Source: Takakia lepidozioides (taxonomy: Eukaryota > Plantae > Bryophyta). Taken from it: a DNA stretch of 64,000 nt. Location: the NCBI GenBank assembly GCA_030704615.1, contig CM060733.1, positions 10,850,001 to 10,914,000 on the forward strand, given 5' to 3'. Every line of letters begins with the position of its first letter. Within the stretch, counting starts at the first letter, position 1. Both the position numbers and the translations under genes were made by a program. Below, piece by piece: positions 1 to 13,800 of the stretch. The notes under the pieces are model-generated. The model was not told the origin of the DNA and made no database searches. It saw nothing but the letters and a program-made list of their open reading frames with translations.

Positions 1-2542
1 GCATCATTTATGCTCCCACATTTGGCATACATAGCAACAAGGGCGCAGTCCAGAATGATATCTGGCTGAATTCCAGCTTTGATGAAGTCAGCATGGACCT
101 CTCTGCCCTTTTCCAGGGCCCCTAGGCTGGAGCATGCCTTCACAGCGCAAATGAAGGTAACCCGGTCAGGCATTACCCCTTCCTGTATCATTTGCTCATA
201 GGTTTCCAAAGCCTCCCTACCGCACCCATGCTGAGCATATCCTGTGATCATTGCATTCCACGAGACCACAGCTCGTTGAGCCATATTGTCAAACACTTTA
301 CGTGCATCCGTCATGCTCCTACATTTGGCATACATGTCTATTAAGGTATTCTCCAGGGTTACATTGGGCATAATTCTGGCTTTGATGATGTCAGCATGAA
401 CCTCTTTGGCCTTTTCCAGGGCTCCCAAGCTGACACATGCCTTCAGAGCACAGAGGAAGGTGACACGGTCAGGCATAAACCCTTCCCCTATCATTTTCTC
501 ATATGTATCCAGGGCCTTCCTACCATACCCATGTTTGGCATATCCTGCCATGAGTATAGTCCATGTAAACATATTCCGTTCAGGCATTTTGTCAAACACT
601 AGGCGTGCATCCACAACACTCCCACACTTTGCATACATATTGATGAGGGTGTTGTATAAAAAGAGGTTTGGCTTAAATCCGTTTTGGATTATGTGGGCAT
701 GCACCTGCTTTCCGTCTGCTAGGCCTTTCATCCTGATGCACTCCTGCAGGAGATAGATATAAGTATTGGAGTCTGCCGAAATGCCTTGTTCGTTCAAATT
801 CTGCAACACATGCCTCAGTTGTCCTGCCTTACACAGTGTCCTCACAATCCCACTAGTGCCAGAGGAGTTCTTGTGGACTTCCTCTCTTGGTCCTCTTTCA
901 AAATCGGTTGTCATGGTGGACGTCCCTGGTTCAAACAAATATGTTGCCACTGCTTCCAGTTGACCCTCTATCCATGCAGGTTTCTTGTAGCTATCAACCC
1001 ACAGTCCCTCGTTGGCACTCTTGTGCTTGAAATCTGGTCCTCTGGGACGGATCTGCAACCATAGTCCATCCTGCCTCCAATAACAAGATCCCATCCTATG
1101 CTGAATTGCTGGCAAAAGCGTGTGAGGGAGAGGCAGATAATGACATTTTACAAGAAAGTTTTTCAAAGCATCTTGTTGTCTGCCTCGGCTGTAACATAAC
1201 AGGCATCAACCTTTCTGCCTCAATTGTTCCTCCAGTGACTCTGGTTTGAAACACGTTCCTTCCAAACATTCTCCTTGTCTCTATTTTGGCTTTTAGAATA
1301 GTTGCCTGCAATCCCAATAGCAACATGTCAAAAACTCAGATCATCAGAGATACCCTACGAGCTACCTTACCAAGCCAATGATAAAAATGCAGTCTACTTG
1401 CTGTGTAAGCGAACCCCAGGTGGAAAAGGGGAAAAGAAAGAGGCATGAAAAAGGGGTAAACTCAATCACCTGATCCATCTGATAAAGAAACCCATGAAAT
1501 TCTTAACGTACTGTTACGACACTTACCCCTAGCTGCATCCAGTGTTTGCAATTCACCCTCCACCCAAGAAACATTGCTATCAATCCATAGAGTGTCATCT
1601 GCACTCTTGTGCTTGAAGTTTGGTCTTCTAGGATGAATCTGCACTTCGCACTCAATCCATTCAGCTATTATGGTCTCCACAACAAAAAAAAAAGTACAGA
1701 TTCTCCCTCACTGCAAGTAGCAACAATAACATTCCCTACTTTATATAGCAGCATCCACCCCTAACTACCAAATCCTAGCTCCTATGGCAAATCTGTGGCG
1801 AGACTTAGAAACAGTGTGAAAAGGATGGCTGGAAAACGTCGGCTCCGGAATACCCTATCGTACAAGCGATAGGGTATTGTTTGAAGGGCTGGCATTGGTA
1901 TCATATTGGGAGCACGCTATTGATATCAGCTGTGCTACATCATCCCTCCATCTATGACGCATGTGGGTTGCTGCAATACCAGTTGCACTTCGCCCAGTAC
2001 AGAAAGGGAGAGAAATGTTGTCACGTGCAACCTTGGAACCGGTTCGAGGTGAGACGGACTGGAATCCCCATAGCGTTCGGGTGCAGCCAAGGACAATTCG
2101 GTTACAGGGATTTGAGTGATGATCAGTGGCAGTGCCTTCGTACTAAATTAACTGATGATCCAGCACTTGCTCAACAAATGTAACAAATTTGAACGTGCTT
2201 GCACTGCCAGTCAAGGTTAGAGGAGGAGAGAGAATGTACTCACGAGACGTTGTACACTTCGAGAGAGAGAGAGGCCAGCATCATTAATTGGAGAGAAAGC
2301 TTATCTCTGCTTCTGCTCTAACATTAACAGACATTCACCTTAACCGCTGGATAGTTCCACCATTGGCGGGGGTTTCCATAACATTCGACCCAATTCTCCA
2401 CGACTGCATTTTGTGTTTTTCGATTTTTGCGTTTGTGGCCTCGTTGCTCCACCCCCCGCTCGTAAAGTTGGTCCTTTCCTGGTGGTCTCCAGCGCCGCCC
2501 AATTGGCTTGAAACCGGTTGCAGTCCAATTGGGAAGATGCAC
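1..2542 (-). CDS. PPR gene A: PLS-class pentatricopeptide protein with two N-terminal OSB-type PDF motifs; 3' end runs off the window, start uncertain, one in-frame TGA at 1222-1220
   Basis: Exons: ?-2339 (VENWVECYGNPRQWWNYPAVK|gtgaat), 1638-1527 (IHPRRPNFKHKSADDTLWIDSNVSWVEGEL), 1305-1211 (ENVWKERVSNQSHWRNN*GRK|gt), and 1052-<1 (IRPRGPDFKHKSANEGLWVDSYKKPAWIEGQL...MTTDFE...LLQECIRMKGLADGKQVHAH...MYAKCGSVVDAR). The PPR frame is absent from the ORF track because it has no stop inside the window. Confidence 0.8.
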
Positions 2543-4809
2543 ATGGATCCCATCAGGAGTGTACAGCCCACAATTTGAAGCTCTCAGCAGAGGGCCAGGG
2601 TTGTGAGGGCATCCCGAGAAGCCTTCAGCACATGTAGAGGGAGTCCAGCATGCTTAGCAAATGAGCTGCAATGGCTGCTCATTCTTCAGCACTTCGAATA
2701 CAACACACAGTCTGGAGACGGAGCAAATACTCTGGAACATTCTCCTAAGAAATGAGCCTTCAGTTCAGGCAGGGTTTGGTCGTTCGGTCTGTCCCACCTG
2801 GATTCTGTTATTGGAAATTTGGTTGTGGACTTGGATCGACAAGAAATGATCAGAACAAAAATTTACAGGCACCTCATTTGGGTTTCTATAAAGCTTTACA
2901 GAGTTGTATACGCCAATTCTTGTGAAATGTTCCTTTGAGGGTGAGTTCGAAGGATGCTACTCTTTCCGCGATGACGCACCCGTACTTTCACTGCAGTTGA
3001 ATTTGATTGTCTGATCGATGTGGGAGTGCAAAGACTTGAAACATAGAATTTGAATTTCATATGAGCTACAGTGTACACAGTGATTTGACCGTACAGATCT
3101 TCCCAGTTGTTGTGCTTCCAAAGCTTTTCACAAGTCCCCTGATATCTTGTGTAATAGAAGAACGGGTACTATGCTTGCTGCACCAGCAATCTTGTGCAAT
3201 CAGTAATAAGGATTTCGTCCTACAACTTGAGTGCTGCTTTTGGTATACCTGGTGACAGAAATCATAAATTTCCTTGCTACCTCACCTCCCAAGTCTGTAC
3301 AAGGTGTAGACAAGAGAGGCAAAAGCCATGTCAAACTGTTCTATAAACCTCTTCACAGAACATATTAGAAGCTGAGAAAGGCCGCAAAGGGTAAGAAGCA
3401 GCCATGGCCTACACACCATAACTTTGGGGCAAAAGAGACTGAAGGCACAGAAAAAACCCTCAAAAACTCTGGTCATGAACTCTCTCTCAGTCTTAGGTGG
3501 ACAAACAGCAGAATGACATGTCCACCAAGGCAGCCATCGCTACAAGCACCTTGCATTAAGGGAGACTGAACATGAAATAATCATTTACTGCATGAGAAAG
3601 TGTGTACATGTGGGAAAATATGCATACCCCATGTCAGGGGTTGCATTTCCGTGACAGTACTATCTGTTAAAATCTTTGAACTTTCCAGCTTACCTTAAAG
3701 CATAAAATTAAATGCAAAACCTTCGCTTGCATCTAAGCTCAGAAAAACAAAGAAATGCTCAAGGGAACAGGAAACATATTTTGGTGATCAAATAATGGGC
3801 CTAGACACCTGGACTTGCTGGTGCGGCTAATCTCCACTCCTTACGTCTTGGCCATCTGATAGTCATCCAATAACACACCCTCAACTGAGCGTGATGAAGG
3901 CAAGGCCTCATTCAGGGGCCACAGTTGACATACGTCACCCAAGCCTGACTGAGTCAAAGAGTCGGGCCGAAGCGCAGGGCGATAATACAACATACACCAT
4001 AAAAACTCTCGCAGTGTCATGATGATGACGCAGCCCATCTCAACTCATCGCAGCACCTGCATTTCCTAACAGCAGCTACTGCCATGCCTCTCCTACCACT
4101 ACAGCATAAGATGGGAGGCGAATAGTACTCAAATGACTGTAGCACATACAGCCTATAAATCGACATCAAACTCAGCCTAGAAAGGATACTTCCATAACCA
4201 AGTCACACTACCTTCAAGGAGGAAGCACCGAAGATAGGAAAGGGAACCTCTTAACAACTCACCTGCAATACAAAATATTCCATCGAAGTCAAGCAATAAG
4301 TCTTAGCTCTCTGGTTCCATAAAAAATAGAAAGCAACCAAGATTGCAAGATCAATGAGGATTCCTACTAAAGTAGGTGGCATAACTAAATACCATGAAGC
4401 CCACCTGAACAGGAATCTTGGAGCACAGAGGCAGCAGCTGTAGAAAGACAACACCAGCACAGCATGAACAACCATTGGACGTAGTATTAAACCAAACAAG
4501 ATCAACTGTGAGTAAGCTTGAGATTCACTTTGATAACTATGTTTGGCAGACCTCATCTGCAAGAATGCAAACATTCCTATACAAAGAACTTTATGTGACA
4601 CTCATGCGAACAAACAGACACAACAAGACACAATCGAGGCAAACCCACTGGAAAATGTCATGCAGACACCATGGCTGCTCCGAATTTGAGTGAAAGATTC
4701 AGGTTTTGTCGCGATTCTCATCCACCTTTTGCTCTCATCTCTTGGCAACAATGTAGTGTATGCCTCCTTCTGACCTCACGCCTTATTGCAGGTGAAGCAG
4801 TTGGGCTCC

Positions 4810-7800
4810 CTAGGACAGGAAGGTAGTCTTATCAAAAATAGGCAGGCCATGAATCCTGGCAGGGTCAACAACTGCTGCTACACCTCCCCGTGGTTGGTGA
4901 AGTCCCGCAAAACTGCGCCGGAGGGCAGCCGAGAATGGATATGCAGCAAGAGCCAACCGATAATACTCATCTAGGGCACTTTCCTCCCCAAGTTGAGCCA
5001 GTAACTGCCCTGCCTCCACCCAGTCCCCTTCAGGAGCTAGTGGACAAGCTTCCACTAAGGAGCTCAAGAGCAGTGAACTCGCCCACCCAGCAGCAGCGAA
5101 CCCCCTGATGCTGCTCAGATCACGTGCAAGGAGCCTACAAACAGATAACACTACATCCAAATTGCCAGGCATTACCTCCAGCATGCCCTCTAGGAATACA
5201 GCTACATCCTTGTGCAACCTTGGCTTCTCTGAAAGGAGGCTTTGCACCAGATTATTCATGACAGAGTAATCTAAAGGGGAGGGACCTAGGATAGAGTCGA
5301 TGAAAGAACGCACACTGCGCTTTGAGATGGTTTCTAGAAGCCTGTTTGAGAGTGGAGTCAACTTGCAGAGCATGCGAGTCTCTACCCAGCACCTGTCTAA
5401 AACATCAAGAACAAGACCTGCCCCACCACCTTCACCAAGGGCAATGCAAGCACCCATCTCTCTCCAGCAGTGCCCTACATCCTCTATACTGACTGCTGCT
5501 TTAACACTTCTTTCTACAGCATCTTGCGCTCTTCCCATCTCCCCATCAAGCATGTCAAAAAGTGCAAGGTTCAACCATGCAAAAACAACATCTTGACCTA
5601 CCTGCCCATAGCTGCCATCAGCATTTCTGTCAGTCATTGCTATGGCTTCTAGAGCCTTCCTAACCTCACTATTTCCCTCTCCCACCTGGCCAGAAGCCCA
5701 GCCATTAAGGATAGTTCCAGTACGGGCACACTGGGCTAGCACGCAGAGGGCCGCATTCTTGCCATTCCATTGCAGCACATGCGCAGCATACTGGCTCCAC
5801 AGCCGCTGTAGGCCAACCTGATGCGCCGGCCACTGGTGCAGGACCTGCTCAAAGACATCCACCCCTCGTTCCTTGCCCTCCATGCGTGCTGTGAGCAACA
5901 CCAATTCAACACAGTCCAGATGAACTTTGAGATATTCACGGGCCATGGCCAGAGCTTGATCGCACCCATGGTACAGTGCCAGGGACTGCACATGGTTAAC
6001 TGCAAAGGCTTGCACAGCCCGTTGTTCCGAAGTCTCTGCAAGGCAGCTCATGCCCGCACATATCAACTTGATGACGTACGCACCTGAGCTTGGTTGCAGC
6101 TGTTGGCGTCTGTCCCAGTCCAGGTTCAACGGTAACTGCTGCGTGCACCCTAGATGCTGCAAAAAGTCACGGGGCAGTTGACCAAATGCCATAGCATATG
6201 CACACCCCACCCACAGGATGCAGACATCATGGGGGGTTAAGCAGGCCAGCAGCGATCCACTACTAGCTCCTTGGTCAACCAGGTCATCCACCCAGGAAAG
6301 TAGGGCAGTGGTTTGATGTGCAACACATAGGCAGTCCAACATCTGCAGTGCAATGTCTAAGATGCAAGCACTCTGTTCGTCCCGATCATCTTTCTCCTGA
6401 GAAACAAGACCTTTCAGCCCCAACTTGTATGCCTCCAAGCGTGTCTCGAGCTGTGGTCGACTATTGATATATAAGAGCCACAGCTCATAGGAACCTTGAT
6501 TGAACACCACCTGCAAACCAGCAGCCACCCCAGCATATTCTCTGTAGACTCCTCACACAATTTTCCTTGCATTCCTACTGCTGGCTCTGACAGTACCCTT
6601 TCTATCTATGACCAAGGTGCTACACAAAGGAACCCTCATAAACCCTCCCCCTGCTCGATTTCCATAAACTTAGAAGCCAAAGGACTATCTGCTTTTGTTT
6701 TGTCTGCAAATTACCAACACACTTAAACAGCAAGGGCCAACAGAAAACAGAATCTTTGAGGTCACTTGTCAACTCAAAGCGCAATACAGCACACAACATG
6801 GATCCAGATTTCAACCATGCATCCTCTTTACAGCATGTAGAGAGGTACCGCATGATGGAACATGTCATCGGTGCCGATGCTGCTTTTACCCTGGTAGAAC
6901 AGGCATATGTAGACCACCCATAATGCCACTGCACTAGGATTGGCCTCCAATGCTCGTGAGAGCACAAACAGGGCCTGCAATCCCCCTCCCCGATAAACTC
7001 ACATGAGCACTCTTGCAAAGACTCCAAGTTGACCTTACTTCACAGAGAAAGAAACCTCACCCATTGTCTGTTTCCAAGACTTCATCCAAGAGCTCCAAAA
7101 CTTACATAATTGCGAGCATCAATGTCCTCACAACTGCAGTCAAATCCGATGCGTGTCAATGCTAGTTCCAATGACGCTTCCACATCCCCAGGCTCCTCAA
7201 GCACATGTTCCTGTTGCAAAGCCAAAGCCACAAGGAAAATCTCAGCCATTTTTTACCACAATTATAACTGTCCTACACACTACGGCCACCAATGTTTGAG
7301 CTTCCCACCGACTGCACATAACAACCGATAAGGTGCAATGACCCACAAAGTCATTTAATACATGATACAGCTATGAGACAGGTTTGCACTTCTAGGGCAA
7401 CCATGGGCAAGTACCTCAGCAAAAGCCTGTGATTCCCGAGCATCTTCCATGTAGCGGCAACTTCTCTCATCTGCTGCAATGGAAAGTTTGTCACCCTCTG
7501 ACATGGGTGTTGGCAAGCAGGGCATGTCTAGTCCCCATGGCCTGTGGATAGAAGGCGACAGTAGTGGGGAAGAAAGGGTGCCAACTTCCACATGGTGGCG
7601 TAAACAACACCTCACTCTACTCCATGGACTAGAGTTATATGGCTTGGTGAGATATGAACCAATCCGATAGATGGGCACACATATACCCTTGTTGTTCAAT
7701 GGCAACTTGTGTGAGAAAAGTTTGTTGCCACTGATGGTTGCAGCACCAGAATTCTGCGCTTCACTGATAAGTGCTGTAGTTACTGCATCAAAGGCTCTTG

Positions 7801-10800
7801 GAGACATATCATCATCCTCCACCTGTTTGTCAGAGTTAACATAACCAGACAGCTGAGACAGGAGGTCTCTGGGGCTAAGAGTGTAGTCAGCCACATGCTG
7901 CCAGGGACAGGTATCATTGTTGCACTTGCCGCGGTGTTCAAACTTGCAAAGTGGTTTAAAGGGATCAATGGTATGACTCCATGTCTTAGATGCAAAGCTG
8001 TAGTGCCAAGCTGTCTGAAATTGAGAGCACATCCTGTACGAGTGGAAGACACTAAGAGGGCTTTCATACCTGCCTAGAGGAATTGAAGACAGCTGGCCAT
8101 CTTCTTTCCCATCTGCTTCCTTAGAATTAAGGCAAAGAGTGTCATGAGTTCTGCCAAGAATGTAAGAGACACAGCTGAGTACCACAGAGAGCGCAGCTGA
8201 TGGCAACTGCTCATATTCACCGTGTAATTGCCGGTCCTCCTCTGTCATTGAGACCACACCAGTGATGCCATGTCCCACTTTATTGAAGAAAGTGTGAGAC
8301 TGTAACGCCTCTGCATGAATGGATCCATTTCCCCTCTCTTCCTGCTCATGCACCTCCTGCCCCCCTATATCCTCTTGAGCAGTTTGTGCTCCTATTTCAA
8401 TCGACGTGATAGTTGTACTCAAGCAGGCTGCCTTTTGCCCATCCTCTTCCATACTGTCTACATGGGGGGTTTCGCGGCTACCAAATGAAGAATTTTCATT
8501 TATCTGGAAGTCACACTGTTGGACAGCAGCCTCCAGAACAACTGGTCTCAATGAGTGTGAAAGCCTGAGAAGCTCCAAGTCTATGACCCCAGCCACTTTT
8601 TCTGCTCGAGCAGTATCCTTGTGATTCACAATCATCTGCTGGTTTCCATCATCATCTGCTAACGCTTTCAACCCAGTAATCTCTCGTATGCACTTCTGCC
8701 CAGTCATCACAGCTTCTTCATCTGGGGTCTCCTCTTCATCTGGGTCCTCATCTCCACCACTCTCACCTTGGCTGTCCTCCTTGGAAGATCTGGTTCCATC
8801 GTCCGCCATGCTGCATGTTGTAACAATCCTTGATGGCAGAACTTGCATTTTCACATGAAAGTCTGAATGGTTGTCCATAATCCTTTCCTGCGATTTATTA
8901 ACACATCCCACCTTGTTACTTGGTTGTCATATCAGTGAAGTTCTATTTTGGACCGAGACACAAAAGGCTCTGTTTCATTTTCATGGGTTTGTTCTTTCCA
9001 GACAACACAGCAGCCTAGACGCTTTTGCATCTGCATTACACTTGAAACTGACACAAATCAACACTGCAGCCTCACCTGATCTGCAGCATCAGCCAAGCTG
9101 TCTCCAATCCCACTTCCAAAACCAGTTGCTTGAGAGACGTGTTGTCTATGACAAGGAGCTGGATCAAGAACTGCAGGTTGCACCAAACAAGATTCAGTTC
9201 CCATGAGACCAACAAAAACTCAAAAGTATCTAGTGTAATTTCTCTGGCCACATAAGGCTACATTAGAAGGTTACCTCTTTCTTGTGCATAACCGTCCTCC
9301 ACATCATCCGCCCCATGATCACCGGAGACAGTTGCATCATTCGGTTCTGTGCAAAAAGAGTCGTGCTCATCTATAGTCACACCTTTGCGGTGACTTGTGG
9401 GGCTACCCTCATCCTCATGACCTTCCTCGTCCATCTGGTCATCCTGCCGGAGGCACACTGTCACAGATCCTCTTGAATCTGAACATACGTCTTCCCCATC
9501 AACACCTCCACTATTTGTACAGACCGCCTCCACTGATGTACTCCGGTTCCCCACAATTGCATAATAACCATCTACACCAGTAGCATCCGAGTTCACCATC
9601 ACATTCCCATCTTGTAGAGACGTGGCCACACTTGCCACCTCATGACCAGGCAGATGTTGTGCTTCCTCATATTGAACTGTTTCTGTGCTTGTCTTTGCCT
9701 CTGTCGTGTTAGTACCAATGGTCGCTTCAACACAGGGAAAACCCTCCGGCAATATGGGAGACAAATTGGCTGCAGACTGCAAGCTCTGAGGCGGGCAGGG
9801 AGATCTGTTGCTTTCACTAGTTTCTTCTTGTTGTTCCCTCTCTGTCAAAGCCACCTCAGAATCAATTGAAGGAAATTCCCCAATTGCATGTTGTCTCTGG
9901 CCAGAAATGTCCAAGCCTTGTGCCTTGATTTCTACAATATCGGCCCCACTTTTTCCCTCATCAGCATCCTTCTGCTCCCTCATGGTAACAACTGTTAGAA
10001 CCTCCATCCTCTCAACAGCAGCTTGCTCGACAAGGTTTTCAGGAACAGCTGCATTGCAACCATCAAGAGGATACAGCTGGCCCTCCTTCGATCCCAGAAC
10101 GTTATTCACAACAGCACGGTGATCTTGTAATGCAACTGTTGTAGAATAGTCAGTTTGACCATCCATGCTTGCAGCAGCAGCTGATGTGATCTCAGCAGGG
10201 CTTTTGTCTTTCCATGGTCCTTGCAGTGGAACCAAACCGACATTGTTATCTAGTATTGGCAAATCTCGCTGACCATCAATGGTGAGGACAGATTCTTGCT
10301 GCAACACATTTTTTGCAATATTCTCCATATTCTGGGTCACAAACGGATCAAGAGGATTGCTACAGACGTCTTGAACACCACCACTGGCAGTGCCCCTCTG
10401 CACTCCCAAATATTGGCCCCCAATAGGCTCCGACAAAGACTGAGGGAATGAGCTACCAGAGCTTGTTTCAAAAAAGACCGCAGCCATACTCATTTGCAAT
10501 CCCAAAGTTCGGTGATCGTGAGCTGGAGCAGCCATAGTAGCTAGTACCTCCTGTCCCATGAGCGACACCTGTCCATGGTTGCCGCTTATGTGTGCTGTCA
10601 ATCCTAAAGCCTGTCCTCCAGGTGGCTGGTGGTGGCTGGCCCACACAGCAGAAGGAAGGACTGCAGGTCTTTCAGAGACGTGTGGGCGAAGGTCATAGGG
10701 TGCTAAGTTGTTGCCATGCAGAGGAAACAATGGTGGATGCAGCCGTGCTGCCGCAGAAGACTGCTGAAATTCTGAAGCATGTATCCGTGCAGCCAATAGT

Positions 10801-13800
10801 TCACGATGTTGAAGAAGTCTGTCGCAGAGGTCATTGGACGAGTGAAGAGCTGTCAGGGCATCACGATACTGGCGGCGTGCATCCCGCTCACGCATTTCAC
10901 ACTGTCGCCTGCGCTGCTGTGCTTCCTCCAGGGCCCTGTCCACCACCTCCTCCTCCTGCTGCAACTGCAACACTGACAGAGGAACAGATCCTCTCCCAGG
11001 TTCCAAACTCCAAATGGAGCCATGCATGCCTGATGGCTCTGGTTGGCTTGCAGCTGTCTCAGATTGATGCACAGGTGGCCACCCTGCATGACCTGATGGG
11101 TTTGGGAAAGGGCGCATCACATCCACATTGTCCTGTCCTGCAGCATTTGTTGAATAATTTGGACTTATTTGGACACATTCCGTGCGCCTCAGTGAAGGAG
11201 ATGGCACTGGCCGAGCCCATTTCAAGTCTTTCATGCTGTCAGGCAAGGAAGATGTTAGACTAGTACATGCTACTGAACTTGGAACCAAAACTGCCAATGC
11301 TGAGTGGGTCTCTTGTGTGACTGACTGAACCATGTTGGCAGTAGAAAGCTGCACTGCTGCACACTGGGTGACAGGAGGGCATTGCAGAGCATCTGCTGCA
11401 AGAAAAACTGCCTCTTGAAGACTTGAAGATGACTTTCCACCTTCCAGACTTAATGGCTGTCCATCAGCAACAAATCGTGCCTTTGGAAAGACTCTAAACT
11501 GGCTATCATCCACGAGCTGTGGCCCAGCATTGGGGCTACTTGTACACTTATTCCCCCCTGGAATGCATATGTCTGTATGACTCAAATCACAAATTGAATC
11601 CTTGTCAGCCACTCTTGTGATTGGTTCTTGCTCTGCAGAGGTCCTTAAACAGCACGTGGAGCTTACAGTACATGCCAAGTCTTGTGAGCCAGAAGATAAA
11701 ATCAGTTGAGTTGATGGATGGTCACCCTCAGCAGCTGCGATTACAGACAATCTAATAGAAGGGGTTGGGTGTAGCACTGAGGGCAATTGGGCGGTAGTTT
11801 CTGGTAGACCCTTTGAAGAGGATGGGAAATGCACAACACCTGAGCTCAGACCAGTGGAAAAATCTCTGTTTGAGAAATTAGCTACTTTGGCTCCGAAAAT
11901 AGACCTGCCTCCTGCAGGGGTGGCAAACTGTTGATCTGCTTGGTGTTGAGGAGCTAAGCCCGCATGCAGTGTGGCTGACATACGAGGCTTCTTGAAGGCT
12001 GCAGTACCCATGCGATCTGTAGACTGACCTTCTGCTGCCTTGCGCTTTACACCCACATGATTATCTGCCTGAGCTGAGGACATTTCCTCACAAAACATGC
12101 TCTTGCTACCAACGTTATTACCCTCCTCCCCATGCAGTTGCCCAGTAAAGTTCTGCAGTTTAGGCAGTATGGGATGTGGAGGCGTGCACTCTGGTCTGTG
12201 AACGCTGTTCCCTCCTAGAACCTGTACATCTGAAGCTACCCTTTTCACAGCCACAACTATCCCTGAATTTGGTGGAGGTGCTCCATCATTGCCCTCAATC
12301 TCTTGAGCATGTGCAAGACTTGTTAAATCAGGCTCAAGATGTCTAGAACCCAATTGTACAGGCTCAGACTGTCTAACAATGTTTCCCTGGCCAGCCCTTC
12401 CAGGACCTAAAGCACTCATCCTAGCAGCATTTCCTGCTTTCAATTGCCCACTCCCCACTTTGCCAACACCCATATCCCTCCCAAGTGATGAGCGTGAACC
12501 CACTGCAGCTACCTTGCGCTGGCGTCTCTCATTCAATTCACTCTCCTTCGCTGCTATTTGTTGGCGCAGACTGTCCAGATCTGCCCCAGCCTGCATTGCC
12601 CCGCGCTTGGCCATTGCTGGAGAGTGTCCAGTTGAGAATCCCTTGCTATTGGTGAATGTCTTTCCCTTGTTGCGCTCTAAGTCAGCAATCTGCTTCTTCA
12701 TGCGATCAATATCTCCTTTAAGGTCTGCTGGACTCTGGATAACTGCACCTAAACCTGGCTGGCCACCTGCAGCAACAACTTTGTCGAAGCCACTGTTGCT
12801 AGATTGGCCCTGGGCTGAGCTGCACTGCTGCTGATCCCCTTCACTGTCACTGTCACTGTCAAACTTGATCACGAACTTTTCTCCATGTTCAGAACCTGTG
12901 GATGGATGGGAGGAGGGGAGAAGTGGAATGCGCAGGCTGGCAAGGAACGCCTCTGCTTCTTTGCGAACACCACCCACTGGCACAGCTGCAGCCAGTGGTG
13001 GCTGTGATCCTGCAGAGATCAGCATGTTATATGGATCTTGCCTTCATATTACCACCAAGAGATGATGGTGGATGCACCTGTACATTGGTTGAACTTCAAG
13101 TCACATGACTAACAAACCAGCACAGTTCATATCACCTAGGGACGTACAGACCATTGTGAAGGAGGGCAAGGAAGTGAGTCAGCACACCTGTCAATGCTGC
13201 ACCAGCACCTAACACAGGAGACGCAACTGTGGATGCAGCCACCGGGGGGGCTCTGGTGGTTACAGAGGAGACTACAGCTGCTTCTTTGCTTGTACTCTTT
13301 TTACCATGTGCAAATGATTGCCCAAGAAGAGACACACTCTCACGCTGTGCAGGCACAGCTGCTGTGGCTTCAGACAGCCTCTGGGTCCCATTTTGACAGC
13401 CTTGGAATGACTTTCTGTTCCTTGTTAGAGCTTGCACTGATGTCAATTCTTGACTTACCGAGCTTACATCTGCAGGTCTGGGCTGCATAATTGCACCCTC
13501 AAAGACATTAGCTAGCACTGTGAATGATTTGGCCACACTGCAACTATTTATAACCTGACCACACAAGCAATGAATTACTGGATGAAGACCAAAAAAATCT
13601 CAAGAGAATGAATGTACTCGAGCCATTCCCTGCCAACGTTAGCTTGCCAAAGCCTTACAGCCATTGGCCCCACAGAGAACTAACCCTCCTGGAGCCTTTC
13701 ACGGGGTTTGCACCCACTAAGGTTTAGCTTCTCCCCACAGCTCAGCTGCAGGAATAACTTGTTTCCCCACAACTGCCATCAACTTGCCAGGCCAGTTGCA

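Noticed and set aside
1220-1222. Idea that the TGA in gene A is repaired to CGA by U-to-C editing
   Set aside because: Such editing is established only for organellar transcripts; a plain nonsense mutation is simpler.
2600-4800. Possible small gene or extra exons between gene A and the zf-C3H1 gene
   Set aside because: Some minus-strand splice-like signals exist, but I could not build a consistent frame or recognise a domain.
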